A DNA stretch of 64,000 bases from the human T2T-CHM13v2.0 reference genome, Homo sapiens (GCF_009914755.1 NC_060931.1); one strand, 5' to 3'; shown: positions 26,331 through 44,119, numbered from the stretch's first letter. Numbers and translations are program-made. The notes: generated by a model not told the origin, from the sequence alone.

Positions 26331-29233
26331 TTAATATTCATAGTAGCCAAAAATGGGGAAATAATCAATATGTCAGTCAACAAGAGAACAGAGTTTAAAA
26401 TTGGGTCTATTCATACAATGGAATACCACCCAGCAATAAAGGAAGAATGATACAGACAACTATATAAAACTGTTGCGTGAAAAAAAAAGCCAGACGCAAA
26501 AGAGTATATACTGCATGATTCCATTTAGAGGAAGCTCAAGAACAAGACTGCAATGATAGAAAGCAGAAAGTTTTTGCCAGTGAGGGTGGCGAATGACTGA
26601 ATGGGGCAAGAGGAAACCTGGTGATAGAAACGTTCTCTCTCTTAACTGGGGTCTGGGAACAGGAGTACACTGAATGTCTGTGCATTTCAATGCATGTAAA
26701 TTTTACATCAATTAAAATGGAGGGATGGTAGGATTTCCTTAATTGTCTTGACATCCCCATGTCCTCCTGAAGAATGCAATTTGATTCGCACACTTAGATC
26801 CCATCAAATGGTGCCTGTATCTGGATTACTTCAGTTCACAACTAGCCATGGCTCTCTCTTCTCTGGGGGACCATCCATACAAGGTATTTCCTCCAGAGGA
26901 AAAGAAAGAATTTGCTGGTTCTCCTCTCATTCAACAGTAATAGCCAACCAATAGGCCAGGTCCCAGAACCAGTGTGGGAGTGTTCTACATTCTTGCAGTC
27001 ACAGAATGTTTTTTTTAGGCCCACCATTTTTCAGCAGACATCTGACAATCCACACTCAGAAACATTCTTCATCTCTAGGAAGTTATGCGAAATAGGTGGG
27101 AGAAACAAGGTGTGGAAAGGGGGTGTTTGGCATAGGCTGATGATAGATGTTCTGGTCAATACCAGGAATAAAATCCCAAGTGTGTTCTGCTTGCCTGGGA
27201 GCTCACACCCTCAGAGCTAAGTAGATTTCACTACTCTCCATCTCTGCTTCCAAGGGCATGGCCTCAGAGGACTTGCTCTTTGATCTAGAACTGTACAGGA
27301 GGCTCTAAGCTGGTAAACAACTTACAGGGGTACAGAGGTCAGATAGGAGAAGGCCCTTATGACCCTTACTATCTTCAATTGTCTCTAAGCAGCTACATTA
27401 AAAATAGCTAACATCCATCACTATTACTTTGCAAATTTTAGAGATAGATTTTAGCCTCCTAGTATTGTGCTAGAAATGAGGCTAGGCCTGAGAAGAACCT
27501 AAAGCTTCCATCATGTTGCAGTAATTGGCCCTAACTGTGGAATACCTCTGAGAAAGATCTCCAGGGATTTTTCACAAAGAAACTGCTTTCTAAGTAAAAG
27601 GAGGGAAGCATGAGATGGAAACATCAATTCAGGCTTTCTTCTGACACAAACGGACACCACTTGTGTCACAAAAGTTAAAGAACTAGTCAACATCTTACTT
27701 TTCCCATCTTCACAGTGTCTGCTGACACTTTCAGGACCGACCTGACGAACATGACAAAGGGATAATTAACAAGGGTTTGGAGATTTTTTCCACAAAGGAG
27801 ATGGGAAAAGAGAATGTGAATTGCTTCTTATAAGGAAAAGAAGAGGGAGTATGAGGGTCTATAGCCCAAGAAATAAATAGTACAGAAGGGAAGAATAGGA
27901 AATTCTCTCAGAAGCTCTTATGCTAAAGGGCAGGGAAGAAATCAAGCAAGCGTATCCACATTTAATTTGTATTAAGATCAGGAACAAGTACCACTACTTA
28001 AAGATTTTTTTAAATGACTAAGTTGGATGTTTTACAAGATGCAACTTTCTTCTAGCAACAAAGCTAAAAGATCCTCTTATGGGGCTCTATGATTAATGGC
28101 TATGTCTTTACTGGCTGGAAAGTGTATCTTTGTATAATAGTGTCAGCCCACTGTTTCCTCCCAATCCAGTAATTGTGAGGGTTTGTTTTCCCAAGCCCCA
28201 GTACCCACTGCAGTCATCATGCTCCATCTAATCTTTTTCCTGGCTAAATGCCTGACTAAAGGTATTTCCAATTTACTTGTTCAGATATATTTCTGACAAA
28301 TCAACAAATGAAAGTACTTCTCCTTTCATGATGGCGGTCAGGGCGCCTGGAAGACCCCACTACGGTTATAAAAGGGGCATGTAGACCCACAACAACAACA
28401 AGTTTCAGGGGCCTGAGAGATTTCACCAAATGTCAGGAAGCCAGAAGGATGTGGGGAGAGCACTGAGCGATGAAGCTGAGCAGAGGCAGCTTACAGCCCG
28501 GAGAGTTCTAAGCGGGTACTGCCAAGGCAGTGAAGAGTTGATTTTATTCAGATGGACCCCAAACAGGCTCCAGACTCAGGAAAAGTAAGAACTGTGACAG
28601 AAGTGACAAGAAAGGTAGAAAGGAGAAGAGTAATTGAAAAGTCTGGAAATAACAATTATTCTTTTCATGACTACTTCCTGTCTTTATAAAAAAAAACCTT
28701 ATAGCTTCCCCACTTCAGAGCAAAAATAAGAAAAGGGAGATAATTTTCTAAAAAAAATTAAACAAACGTCTGGTGAAGACTAAATAGCTAGTGTGGTTAA
28801 GAGAACCCCACAGTCAAGCCCTCCTCATTCTGACATCTAGCAGTTCCCCAGCAAGAGGGCTCAGGGTGGCTCTGTGTACCCAGGCTGAAGCCTGCTAGAG
28901 GCAGATGCTGTCATGCAGAACTTCTAGGCAGCCGTAATGGCACTTCATTTTTAAAAAGAAAATCAAATATATATTTTAAAAGTCTGCAACATGAAAGAGA
29001 AAAACCAAGATAAACAACAATAACAAAAAAGAAACAGAATATTTAAGAAAAAGATTTTTTTCTAAAAAAACTAAAAAAAAACCCCCAATTTATTAGTATT
29101 CCTGGAAATATTTGAGAATTACATCAACATAACAACAACAACAAAAAAGAACTACAAGAAAAAGCTCTATGAAATTAAAAATGCAAGCCTCAAATAACAA
29201 TAGGGAACACTATGTGTGCACATGCTTGAGTAA

Positions 29234-29581
<348 letters not shown>

Positions 29582-29815
29582 TGATTTAATCTACCATATA
29601 GACAATACCTTACCTAGAATGTGTTATATTTTACAGTACTGTCAACAGTTTGTAATGGCATATGTGGACTATGTTCATGACAAAGGGACAGTGCCACCAT
29701 GTCCACTGTTCAAGAAAACCTGAGTCTGTTTTTAACTCCTCTGCAAGTTTACAGTTTACTTCTCTCAATACCTGCTCATCTTTTCTACAGAAGGGGAGTA
29801 ACCAAAAGTCACAGG

Positions 29816-30417
<602 letters not shown>

Positions 30418-30890
30418 CGGTCATGTTTTTAGAGTGACATATGAAGACTCCTAGAAAATATTAATACAGAAGAACTAGCTTACTATGAAGATTTCAAAAT
30501 ACTAATACAAATTAATGAGGTACACGTGAAATCTTCCCTGGGGAACTTCATGAAGAAGATAAGCATCCCTCCTATCTGGGTAATTTGCATACCCTCCTTC
30601 CTTAAACGCTGAGGCACGGATTGGTTCATTGGTTCAAAACCCTATCCATTATTCTCATAGCTCTCTTTATATGACAAAAAAATTCTGTCATGTCCCATTT
30701 ACTACTCTAAAATCAAATTTGTTGATAATATTAACTACTGTACATGCAGCTTTAAAACATGAATATCCTAAATGTACATAAAAGATAATCTAAAAGAAGC
30801 AATTTATAATAAAAAATACTTCACATTTCATTATATAAATAATTTTCAGGTACAATTAACTATGTAATCAAATAGATGCTTGTAACTTAC

Positions 30891-30904
30891 TTATAAAGAA
30901 GAAG
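30891..30904 (-). CDS. Candidate 14-nt microexon (phase 1: ASSL*)
   Basis: ctaatctgacttctcttaaatacaag|CTTCTTCTTTATAA|gtaagt; TGCATG about 140 nt downstream. Confidence 0.4.
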
Positions 30905-31175
30905 CTTGTATTTAAGAGAAGTCAGATTAGAAGCTTTCCATATTAAAAGTGCAGGAAAATGAAAGAAGTAGTATAGGTGGACCAGAGAATGAAAATGAAT
31001 CTATTCTGTGTATATTAAAAGTATGCAAAAATTATTTTGCATTTTTATGAAAAAATAAAGTCTAGGTTCAGAAAATTATAAACTGATCTTTCCCTACACG
31101 AATGTCCAACAGGATAACTGAAAGTCATGTGTACTACAGGGCAATTCTTTATCTCTTTTCTACTGTGGGACATTA

Positions 31176-31503
<328 letters not shown>

Positions 31504-31560
31504 CCAGAAAAATCCTTCATTGTACCACCAGAATACCCTCATAAATTTCCACTCTGTCAC

Positions 31561-31656
31561 CTAGGGGGCGGTACTGCTTCCATGAGAACTCCTGACCAGA
31601 TCATCTATGGGAGTTTCCTTTTAGTCTTCATCGTCCGTCGCACTGAGAATCAAATC
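31561..31656 (-). CDS. Candidate 96-nt stop-containing exon (phase 1 GFDSQCDGR*; phase 0 [11 protein letters not shown]), alternative in-frame acceptor at 31680
   Basis: gctgatttgtccatcag|GATTTG...CCTAG|gtgaca; three CpGs retained in 10 nt in a CpG-poor background. Confidence 0.35.
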
Positions 31657-32643
31657 CTGATGGACAAATCAGCAACATAGCTAGGAAGCACAGTAACTTA
31701 ATATAAAAAAAGACTATGAAGAAATTAATTTAGTTTAGGCTTATGCCATTAACTGTAGCCATATTCAACATAATTTCCTCTTTTTGAGTTCAGGATGATT
31801 GGTTACTCCACATAGAACATGGAGTGGAAAGCTGTATCTTTGTGACTTTTATTTAGATAGCACAAAATGAGCCTGATTTTTAAAATGTGAACATTCAAAC
31901 CTGGCTAACTAATGATAAAAAAGGGAGTTTTTCATAGAACTCTACAACTCTCATTTCCTCAAAACAAGAATTAATGCATTCTTTCACATGCGGTCATTAC
32001 AGGAAGGGGGGGTAGCCATTTACTGTAAATGCCTTTCTGATGCAATTCTACTACCTCTTTCAAAGACAGAATTCATCCAAGAAGCCTTAGTCACTTCTTC
32101 AAGAAAAATGCCACCGCGCTGAATGTACACAGACTAAACCACATGCCTAAGGAAAAAAGATGAGCTGATTCCACCATTAGAACACAGTTCGGGAGAAAAG
32201 TGGCAGAGAGAGAGAGCTCATAGCTTGTCAGAGCAGATCAAGTAGTATGTCTGAAAATCCGCCCTTTAATGTAACAGTCACTGTTTCATAAATCAAATGC
32301 AAACATAGATTTCCCCTCTGCCTAACTTTTAAAGTATACTTCCTAAAAATATAAGACCCCACTTCTAAGCCAGTAGCAACTGTGGTGATTTAATTTTTAA
32401 AGTTTCATGCACGGAAAGAAAAATGGAATCTTATCTTTTAAAATTTGAAAATGAAACTATGTTTTGAAGAGGGTAGATTTCACAGGAAAAGGGTAAGACA
32501 GTGGATAATACGATAAAGCAGTTTGGATGGAAAAACTTCAGACAAATAGTTCTGAACTCTTCTCAAAGAGAGGATCAATTTTTCTAAAACCTCAAAACCA
32601 CCCAAAGGGAAAAAAAGGAATAATTTCTCCAGTTTATCCTTAC

Positions 32644-32885
32644 CCGGATGAGCATGAATTCTTCTAACAGCCAGATGCACACACTTGTTTTTATGGAGGA
32701 GTTACTGCTGAGCCAAAGCCCAGGAGTCACTCAAGACTGGAGGCTGCGTGCTGCTGGAGCCCGAAATCCCCTTGATGAATGAAACTGCACATCGTAATAT
32801 ACACATTCAGAGCGGGCTATTGGCTAAATGAAGGCAATGCGTGTGGAAGTCTGATTTGCCACCTTCAGGGCAGGCGTCTTATATC
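32644..32885 (-). other. Candidate 242-nt cassette exon with early stop (phase 1 GYKTPALKVANQTSTRIAFI*)
   Basis: catctttctgaattag|GATAT...CCGG|gtaagg; motif-only. Confidence 0.25.
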
Positions 32886-33313
32886 CTAATTCAGAAAGAT
32901 GACAGGCTTTTTTTTTTTACTCCCTAGACAGTCAAAACTAGAAAGGGTTCGTTTTTCTGTAGCCTTCTCCCCAACCCTACGGAAACCACAGAGAGAACAA
33001 ACCACAGTGAGACTTGACTCCTTAACTAGGCAATGCCAATGAGAAAAGAATTATGTTGACACTGGCAATTTACAAATAAGTCTCACACCACTGCCAAAGC
33101 TTGTTCGTGTTACATGACTGCCCGAGAGTCATACATAGGTATGGGGATGGTTTGGCTCATTTTTTAAGCCAAGAATTCTAAGCCGTAATTTTGGGGCTCC
33201 CTGAGGGTAGCAAACTTTACCAAAGAGTGGTAAAAACTCTTAAAAATATATTAATCTTTGTGCTATACTAGTGATCAACCAAAACATTAAAAACTAAGAA
33301 TTACCTAAGTTTG

Positions 33314-33403
33314 GACTCAGAATCTCTGGGGAGGAGCCCAGGAAAATGAATTTTAACTGGCATCCTAGGTCATTCTTATGTCCTCTAAAGTTTGAGGACT
33401 ACT
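33314..33403 (+). mobile_element. MER5-type hAT-Charlie fragment
   Basis: cagaatctctggggaggagcccagga...ggtcattcttatgtcctctaaagtttgaggactact. Confidence 0.7.
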
Positions 33404-33780
33404 TTTCCTGTTACTGGAACTGAACAGCTGATTATAGCTCCTTCCATCTTCCTTTATCATTCAATTATTTTGTCCTTGATTCCTGCTGAAGTCAGGAGTG
33501 ACAAGAACAGCAAAGCCTCCTCAGGACAACTTGTGGCTTCTAACTCCAGGGAAATAAAAGGAGAGCCAGGCTGGGTTCACTTGATCTCCCCTCCCCACCT
33601 ACCTCTGCTTCACTCCACCAAGACAGAAAAGTCCAAGCTGCAGAAACCTGGAAAATGCAGTACTTGAGGGCAAATATGAATATTACACTAACAGATGCTA
33701 CAGCTGGAAAGCGAAAAATATACTGCCAAAGAGAAGAGGAAGAAAAAGAGAAAGAATACTAATGCTCACTGATTCCTTAC

Positions 33781-34091
33781 TATTGTAGAAAAAACTGGGT
33801 TCTTGTCACATGACCAGGAAAAGTTACGCACACAGACCCTTTGAAGGGTGAGGGGTTATGGAATCTATTGGGCAAAAAGGAAAAAGACTCTCAGCAAAGC
33901 AAGATGAGTTTTTATGAACAGGCCCCCATCTCACAGATTGAATCCCAACTCACCACCCAGGAACAGGAGAGGCCAGGCTCCTAGCTGCAAAGGGTGAGAA
34001 CTTCCTGAGGCTCCATCCCCTCCTCCCAGTGCACAGGCTGGTGGGAGACTCTCCAGGGACCTTCCCCCTTATCTTCCTCCTGCATCGATCA
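33781..34091 (-). mobile_element. ERV1-class solo LTR (MER61-like)
   Basis: Minus strand starts tgatcgatgcaggaggaagataagggggaagg; far end gggttcttgtcacatgaccagg; 4-bp TSD ttac/ttac. Confidence 0.75.
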
Positions 34092-34309
34092 TTACTATGT
34101 TCCAGACACTGCATCAACAACTTTATATGCAGCTTTCTTTGCCAAAGAAGTCTCACCAAAAAAACTTCTTCGAAAGTATCTGAACACACAAACTCAGGTG
34201 TCTACATCTCACAGCAGGGACACATGGTGCATCCTCCACGGAAGAAGCCGTGCTGGCTAAGTGTGTCCATTTCTACCCCAACTGCCCTATGAACAGAAAG
34301 GATTTCTAA

Positions 34310-34821
<512 letters not shown>

Positions 34822-36014
34822 TAATATGACTTGAAAATATTATTTGGACATCACCAACAACTATCAACATTTTTTTTACTTTAATAAAAAGGGTTTTATC
34901 TTTGTCTCCAATATGCATAATGTTCCTAAGGAAACTTTCTAGAGAAGGGGAGCTCAACTTAGAAAACAGCTTATTTAGGAACAAGTTTTCCAAATCCTCC
35001 CCCGCACCTTTGTTTCAGGATGATTACGCATGGTGGTATCCTAACACAAAGGGGAAGGAAGCTGACTTCTGACTTACTACTATGAGCGGATCTGGTACAT
35101 TTGGTATTCCAAGTGTTTTGCCTAATAGGTAAATGCAGATCTGTTGGGGCAGTGTTTCTCAAATTGTGTTAGCACTAAAACCCCTTGTATTCCCCTAAAT
35201 GAAATCTTGGGTGAAGGTCCAATATCCTCACATGCTCGCTGCTGTGGCGGGTGGGCTGCGGGGCCCACAGGCCTTCCTTATTTGGGCCCACTTTCTCAAC
35301 TCACCCCCAGGGTCGCTACAGAGGCAATGCTGCCAAACCCCAAAGGCTCTGTTTTCTATTTTCTCAGACGTTGATGATTTTTTAAATTAATACTTTATCA
35401 TTTTATTTTATGCATGCCTTTGCGTCTCAAAGTGGGGCATACATTGAAACATTTTCAAAGTCATGTCCAGTCATGCTACGTGCAACACTGAGCTTAGGAA
35501 TTCTGGGACATATTTGGCCAGTGTGGACCCTGACATGAAAATTATAATTTCCATCTGTATCCCTTTGGAAACAACACCTTTAATATATTTGCAAGTTCAA
35601 GGTCATTTTAGAAACACAAAATTTTGCAGAGATATAAAGTTTAAATGAATGAGAATATCATCTTGATGATTAAGATCCCTTGCCAAATTTCACTTCCACT
35701 AGTGAGCATTAGTTTGCTACATAGGGGACAGTAAGCTTTGGACTATATATTAACACTCAAGCAAATATATATATATATATTTGTACACTGTGTATGTGTG
35801 CCTGTGTGTGTGCGTGTATACCTCAGCTCTAAAATGGGAAATGAATTTAAAGTGCTGCTAGGTAATTATTATCAAAAAAATTTATTAATAATATCAGGTC
35901 AGCACAGAGAACAAAGACTGAAATTCCTTCATGAAGAGGCAATATGTACTTCTTCTGCTAACAAAAGTTTAATAATCTTTTCTTTTTCTGAGTGTTATTT
36001 CTCAGAAATAACAC

Positions 36015-36321
36015 TTTTTTTTGTTTGTTTCTTTTTTTCAGACAGAGTCGTGCTCTGTTGCTCAGGCTAGAGTGTTATAGCACAATCTCAGCTCACTGCA
36101 ACCTCTGCCTCCCGGGTACAAGCAATTCTCCTGCTCAGCCTCCCGAGTAGCTGGGATTACAGGTGCCTGTCACCATGCCCAGTTAATTTTTGAATTTTGA
36201 GTAGAAAGGGGGTTTCAGCATGTTGGCCAGGCTGGTCTTGAACTCCTGACCTTAGGTGATCTGCCCACCTCGACCTCCCAAAATGCTCTGGGATTACAGG
36301 CGTGAGCCACCATGTCGAGCT
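36015..36321 (-). mobile_element. Alu (AluS-like)
   Basis: Full-length antisense Alu. Confidence 0.93.
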
Positions 36322-36709
36322 GTTTCTCAGTTTTAAAAAAGATAATGTGTCTCATTTGGCAAAGCCGTCACATTTCAAATGTATGTAAGAGAAAATGTCC
36401 AGAGTGAAGCAGCTATCCTGGGTCACCTGGGACCACTAACCTGAATCAGGGAAGGTCCCAATGTTCTGTAATCAACTGTCCCATAGAATAAACAGTGTTT
36501 AAAAGAAGGGAACTTTATATCCAAGCAAGTGTCAGAAGCATGTACACAGAAGGAATAAAAGTGAACCGTCTTTTCAAAATCCATGTTTAACCATATCCTT
36601 GCTTTCAGAATACTCTCAATTTCCTATGATTTCCATTTTAATTTATTATTGACAATAAAATAATTATGGAAGCACTGTAGTAGGACTTACAGTTATCTAA
36701 AAATAGTCA

Positions 36710-37171
<462 letters not shown>

Positions 37172-37445
37172 TCACAAAACTTATTTCATATCATGTATCC
37201 TATATGTAATATTACATATCCAAATGAAATATATATTTTAATTGTGTTGCAATACTAATAATTATATAAAGCATAAAATAATAACTAAGAATGATTTTAT
37301 CTGTATGCAAATATGAGAAGGTTTAGTCAGGAGGAAGCCAACTGAGACTCTCAAGAGCTTTGGAAGTTGATGACACTGGTTATTATGCCTTACTTTACCT
37401 CCAAATATATCATGTGCTTTTCCCTTGATACAATTATATCACTAT

Positions 37446-37895
<450 letters not shown>

Positions 37896-39208
37896 TATAT
37901 CACTACTCTTAAGCTCATCCGCTATGACTAATACTACTGGGGGCTCTCCAAAATTACTAATACCACTGGGGGCTCTCAAAGTGAGAAGAAAGAAAAAAAG
38001 CTTAGAAAGAGAAACAGATTTACTTGAAATATGGAAGAAATGTGATAAAAAGTATGTATGGAATTAACAAGACAACCTCAAAAAAAGGCAGAAAGAGAAA
38101 AGAACATAATATTGAAAGTTTTCCCAACTTAGATGGAAAAGGTGCTGGATTGGATATATGACCTGAGCCAGGACAACCTGGCTGCTCTGTGAAGCAGAGG
38201 ACAAGAGGCTGACCAAAGGCAGGTGATGTGTGTGACCAGCCATGTGCATGAATGGGATGTGTGCAAAGCCAGCGTGTATGAACTGGGAAGGCCTTGTGTG
38301 GCAAATGTGGTAAGAATTTAGTGGTCAGTCTTTCAAAGAGATAGTCATTTGGTCTGGCTGGTGATTCAACTGATGAGAGCCCAAAGTCAAGAGTTCAGTG
38401 GTGGTGTGTGTTCGGCTTCATGGTCGTAGAGCATGAGCAGGAGGAGTTAGCTCCCAAACATGGTGCTGGCCAAGAAGGACCAAGCCAGAGCCCATGGACA
38501 GCTCAGTATAAAGCAACACGGCCTCTAGGGCTCTGTTCTTAGAATAAAATCATTTTCCTGCATGACACTCTTAATTCCTTACTTAACTGTGGAGGAGAAG
38601 AGGGGTGTAGATGTTAAGATATCAGAATCTGAAAAATCCTTTACTATTAACATAGCTAACTTTAAACTGTTTACTGAAAATGATCATTGGACCCTATCTT
38701 ACAGTAATGAGTTTTATGCATTTAATATTATAAATATGGTCTTTTAAATGACAACACAAACTATGACCTTACTAAATAGGCTGGTGACATGTTAAAGTGT
38801 GAGTGTGAGTGTGTGTGTGTGTGTGTCTGTAAGATTGGTGAATTCCAGTTCCAGTAGCAGGGGAAGTTAGGGAAGGGAATGAACAGGAAGGGATTTTTGG
38901 TTATAATCAAGGGTACCTTTTTTGGTTCTTGACAACAGTCAAACTGGTCTAACGCAATGTTTTTCAAACTGTAGGGTAATCCATTAGTGGGTTGTAAAAT
39001 AAATCCAGTGCACTGAAAGCAGCGTTTTTATGAAGATGAAACAGACTAGAATAAAACAGAAAATAAGAGTTCACATTTAGTGGGGCAGCTATTTTTTCAT
39101 AAAGTAGTTTCATATATGTGTATGTGTTGCATATACTTTTCCATGATGTAAAACATAATCCTTTCTGTGAGTTCCAGGAAAAATGGACTACTAGAAAAGA
39201 AGATTAAA

Positions 39209-39522
<314 letters not shown>

Positions 39523-39779
39523 TCACGTTTGAAATTAGGTGAGTGGATCTTGTGTGAATTTAATTTTAATCAGTGCTATGCTTCTATGTCCTTAACTTGG
39601 AAACCAACCCACAAATCAAGATGCATTTACATTAATCATCAACAATTCTAAAGATATCATGCAAGTCATTATTCACTCATTCACCCAGTGTGGTCCCTAC
39701 TCTCCCCACAAGGGGTTATGGGGAGAGGATAAAATTTGAGAAAATAAAAAAAAAAATCCATGAAATACAGTCATATAAT

Positions 39780-40000
39780 AATAGTTAACATATATTGAGT
39801 GCTTGTTATGTGCTGGTAGTATTTTAAGTATTTTTTACATCATTAACGCATTTTATCCCCTTAATAATCCCATGGAGGTAGATACTAATATTATCCCTGT
39901 TTTCCAGATAAAGAATCTAAGAAATTAAGTCAGTTGCCTAAGAGGCAGAGCCAGTATCTGAACCTAGGAAGTCTGGGTCCAGAATCCTAATCCCAACTGT
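39780..40000 (-). mobile_element. MIR remnant
   Basis: aacatatattgagtgcttgttatgtgctgg...attatccctgttttccagataaag...tgaacctaggaagtctgg. Confidence 0.75.
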
Positions 40001-41057
40001 ATCGTACCCTTAATAGTTAATGCCACAATCATCCATAATGGAGATTAAGACTCACACTGGAGAGAAAAGAAGGGAAAAAACACATGAAGGAAACATTACT
40101 GCTTGTGCTTTGCTGTCTGTCCTCATTTCTCCTGCTGCTCAAGTATAGTCCATAGTCTATGCTACAGATAGCCTCTTTTCCACTTTGATACCCTAATGCA
40201 TTCTGAACACAGTTCTTAGCAAATTCATTCAAACTCCATCTCTTTCTTCCTTCTCTAGAAAACATGTAAGAATGCAATTAAGTGGGTTTCTACTTTTCTG
40301 TACTGAATCTAACTCTTATTTATTTCAAAGTTTAAAGGAATTCATTCTCAGGTGTTGGTTCTTAAACCTTTCGTATGAGCCGGTCATTTCTAACACATCT
40401 TCCAGGTCTTATCTCCCCCAAACCAGTGAATCCTGTCACAGGGGCGATTGCTGCTAGTCTGGCTAGACGGAGCTCCTAGGGGTGCCTCTTTCTTAGCACC
40501 CACTTGTGCTATTCTCCTCATTGGTTTTGAATAGAACCCAAATAAATCTCAAGTATAATGTACACTGTGGCAAGTGTACCAATGCATTTCAGAAAAAATA
40601 TGAAAAGATATGTGCCCAAAATTTCTTATTCCTCTAATCTATCCATCCTTGTCTTCAGGTTATATAATAAGTCCTACAGATAGCGCCTAGACAGATAGTA
40701 AAATCAGTAAAAATCAACACTATTTTTGGTAGCATGGTTACCTTTCCTAGGAATTGGGTCCACGAGTAAGAACCTTACTTTTTAAATGTCGTTTAAGTGC
40801 TGGGTAAACACAATAAGCACTGTGTCCCTCATATGTGAGTTAAAATGGCCAGTGCAAATAAATCCTACAACTGAAGGACAAATAATATTTAGGTCTTCAT
40901 CTACCAACATATCTTGGCCACATAATTTGATATTTTGCTAATGAAAATGCCCTGTGGCCAAACAAACATAGCATCTTTCAAACATTTTTTAAGAATCTTT
41001 AAAAATTAAGGTATCATGATGGACAGCACATTGTGATGTGGAGAATTAAATTATTAG

Positions 41058-41497
<440 letters not shown>

Positions 41498-42857
41498 TTA
41501 CTAAAATGAAGACAATGAAAGTTTAATATTCCTTTGGAAAATAGAGCTAAAGTAGAGTGCTATGAAAATAAAATTTCTCATTGAATAATACTGTCTACAC
41601 GCCAGTGTCAATATCATTCAAGAAGCAGGAAATATGATTTTACTATTCATCACTGTAAAACTGTAAGTTATTTTTAGGTATATTTAGGTAATTTCTTTCA
41701 ATAAACAGATTAAACCGTTTATTTCTACCAAGTATTCTTTGTGTTTAAAACCAATACTTTTGACATGGGCTTGGACAGATTCTCTGTAGTTTAAAAAAAA
41801 ATAAAAGGATGATTCAAGTATGTACCTATCTAGTCTATCAGCTTCTAAGAAATATACAGCTTTTGGATAAAAGAGTAGTAATGTCTGCACTTAATTAATA
41901 TGACACATTTTGCAAGTGGTATTAACATGCTGGGACTTTTTTGGGTGATGATGTGCATTTTCCCTGCCCCATTTACCCTGTTTCATTAGCTGCACCTGGG
42001 ACCAAGAGGATTCATTTTTAAGATCATCAGAAGAGAGTAGTGTCTGGTTGTGGGAATGAGAATTTTTTTTTTAATTGGGAAGCTGAATGGCTTATGGGGC
42101 AGGGGATGGGAATCAAGGGTAGAATTGCAGCCTGAGCTAGTGTCATGCACTAATGTCAATTGCTCATGGTTAATATGAAAATTGTATCAACTCAGGAGAA
42201 AATAATGTGGAGAACAGCATTTTGTTTGTTAAAGCAATCTGGCAGAGGCCTCCCTAGAATATAGGAATTAGGGCAGTTGTTCTCTGAGTTGAAGAAAGGT
42301 ACACTCAGCTGAGAAGGACAGGGAACTTCTCAGGGAGCAACTACTGTTAGAGAAGGAAGCAGTTGCAGTTTTAAAAATTATCCCATAAAACCTTCATTGT
42401 CATTGAAGCAAAGAGTGGGCCTCTCTCTTCCTTTCCTATCTGTACACATGGCAGGCTGCCCTCAATCTAGCAGAGTGGAAAAATAGTGTGAACTGGGTAT
42501 GAGTAGGTTTTGCTTTCCACTACATTTTCCTAAGACAAATACTTTCCAAGTTGGGTATTTAAAAACAAAAAAGATTGAGGTTTAACATTCATTTTTCAAA
42601 ATTATGAAACGTGTTGAATAAGTACTACTCATTTGTCAGTAAAAGGTTTGCTCTTTAATAGCTCTATGGCCTTGTGGAATTCTCATCAGCTTGGAGACTC
42701 AGCTGCCTCGTCTGTAAATTGAAAATCTTAAGGTAGATGTCCTCTAACCTTCCTCCCTTCTCCAAATTTAAATGGTTAATTATTTTGTGACTTTATCTTC
42801 TCCTCCAAATATCCTTTATCTAAGTCTTACACAAATTTCACTTTAAAAGGAGGGTGA

Positions 42858-43166
42858 AGGGCACGTGCTAGCTCACACCTGTAAGCCCAGCACTTAAGAG
42901 AGGCCAAGGCAGGCGGATGGTTTGAGTCCAGGAGTTTGAGACCAGTCTGCACTACATGGCAAAACCCTGTCTCTACAAAAAAATACAAAGAAATTAGTCA
43001 GGCATGGTGATGCATATCTGTAACCCCAGCTACTTCGGAGGCTGAGCTGGGAGGATCACCCGAGCCTAGGTGGTTGAGGCTGCAGTGAGCTGAGTCATGA
43101 TAGTGCCACTGCCCTCCAGCCTGGGTGACAGAGTGAGACTCTGTCTCCAAAAAAAAAAAAAAAAAA
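42858..43166 (+). mobile_element. Alu (AluJ-like)
   Basis: gaggatcacccgagcctaggtggttgaggctgcagtgagc; A-tail. Confidence 0.92.
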
Positions 43167-44119
43167 GGTGGTGGGGGGGTGCTAGAAGACAGGAGAATTT
43201 GCCAAGACAGATTCAAGTGTTAACTGCTTGCTCTGTCCTGGAGTTTATAGTTTTAAGAATAGGCTTATGAATTTCAATTTACAATGGAAATAAAATTAAC
43301 TATGTATTAATTTTAATTTGGGGGCAGTATTTAGAACATATCTTAAATTATAAGGAGATTCCTCTCTTTCACAAATGCATACTAAGCTATTCCAAATCCA
43401 ATGCCAGCAGCTATTCACTCTCAAAAACAAAGAATCTAAAGCAAAAAAACTAAACAAGAAAATAACTTACAGTGAAAAGAAAGCTTTTGATTACCCATGC
43501 TAATGTTCCCATTCATTAAGGTAGTAAACTGAAAATTGATTATAGGTATGTATTTATTTGCTCCCTCCACCAGAGATGCTGGATTTTTTCCAATTATTAT
43601 TATTTTTACAGAGCATTTTATTTTATTTAAGAACACTTAATATGAGATCTGCCCTCTCAACAAAATTTTAAGTACACAATACAGTATTGTTAACTACAGG
43701 CACAGTGTTGTACAGCAAACTTCTAGAACTTATTCATCTTGTATAACTGAAAATATACACTCATTGAACAGCAACTTCTCATTTCCCTCTCTTCCAAGCC
43801 CCTGGCAACCATCATTCTATTCTGTTTCTATGAGTTTGATTATTTTTGATGCCTCACAGAAGTGGAATCATGTAGTATTTGTCCTTCTGAGACTGGCTTA
43901 TTTCACTTAGCAGAAAGCCTCCAGGCTCCTTCACATTGTCGCATGAAGCAGATGTCCTTTTTTTAATGCTGAATAGTGGTCCACTGTATGTGTATACCAC
44001 ATTTTCTTTATCCATTCATCCATCAATGAATGTTTAGGTTGTTTCCGTATCTTGGTTATTGTGAATAATGCTCAATGAATGTGAGAATGTTAACATCTCT
44101 TCAAGATCCTGATTTCTAT

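Noticed and set aside
28300-29200. Promoter-like TATAAAA and a few CpGs followed by an A-rich tract
   Set aside because: No CpG island; it looks more like a decayed L1 5'/ORF1 region, which I also could not call confidently.
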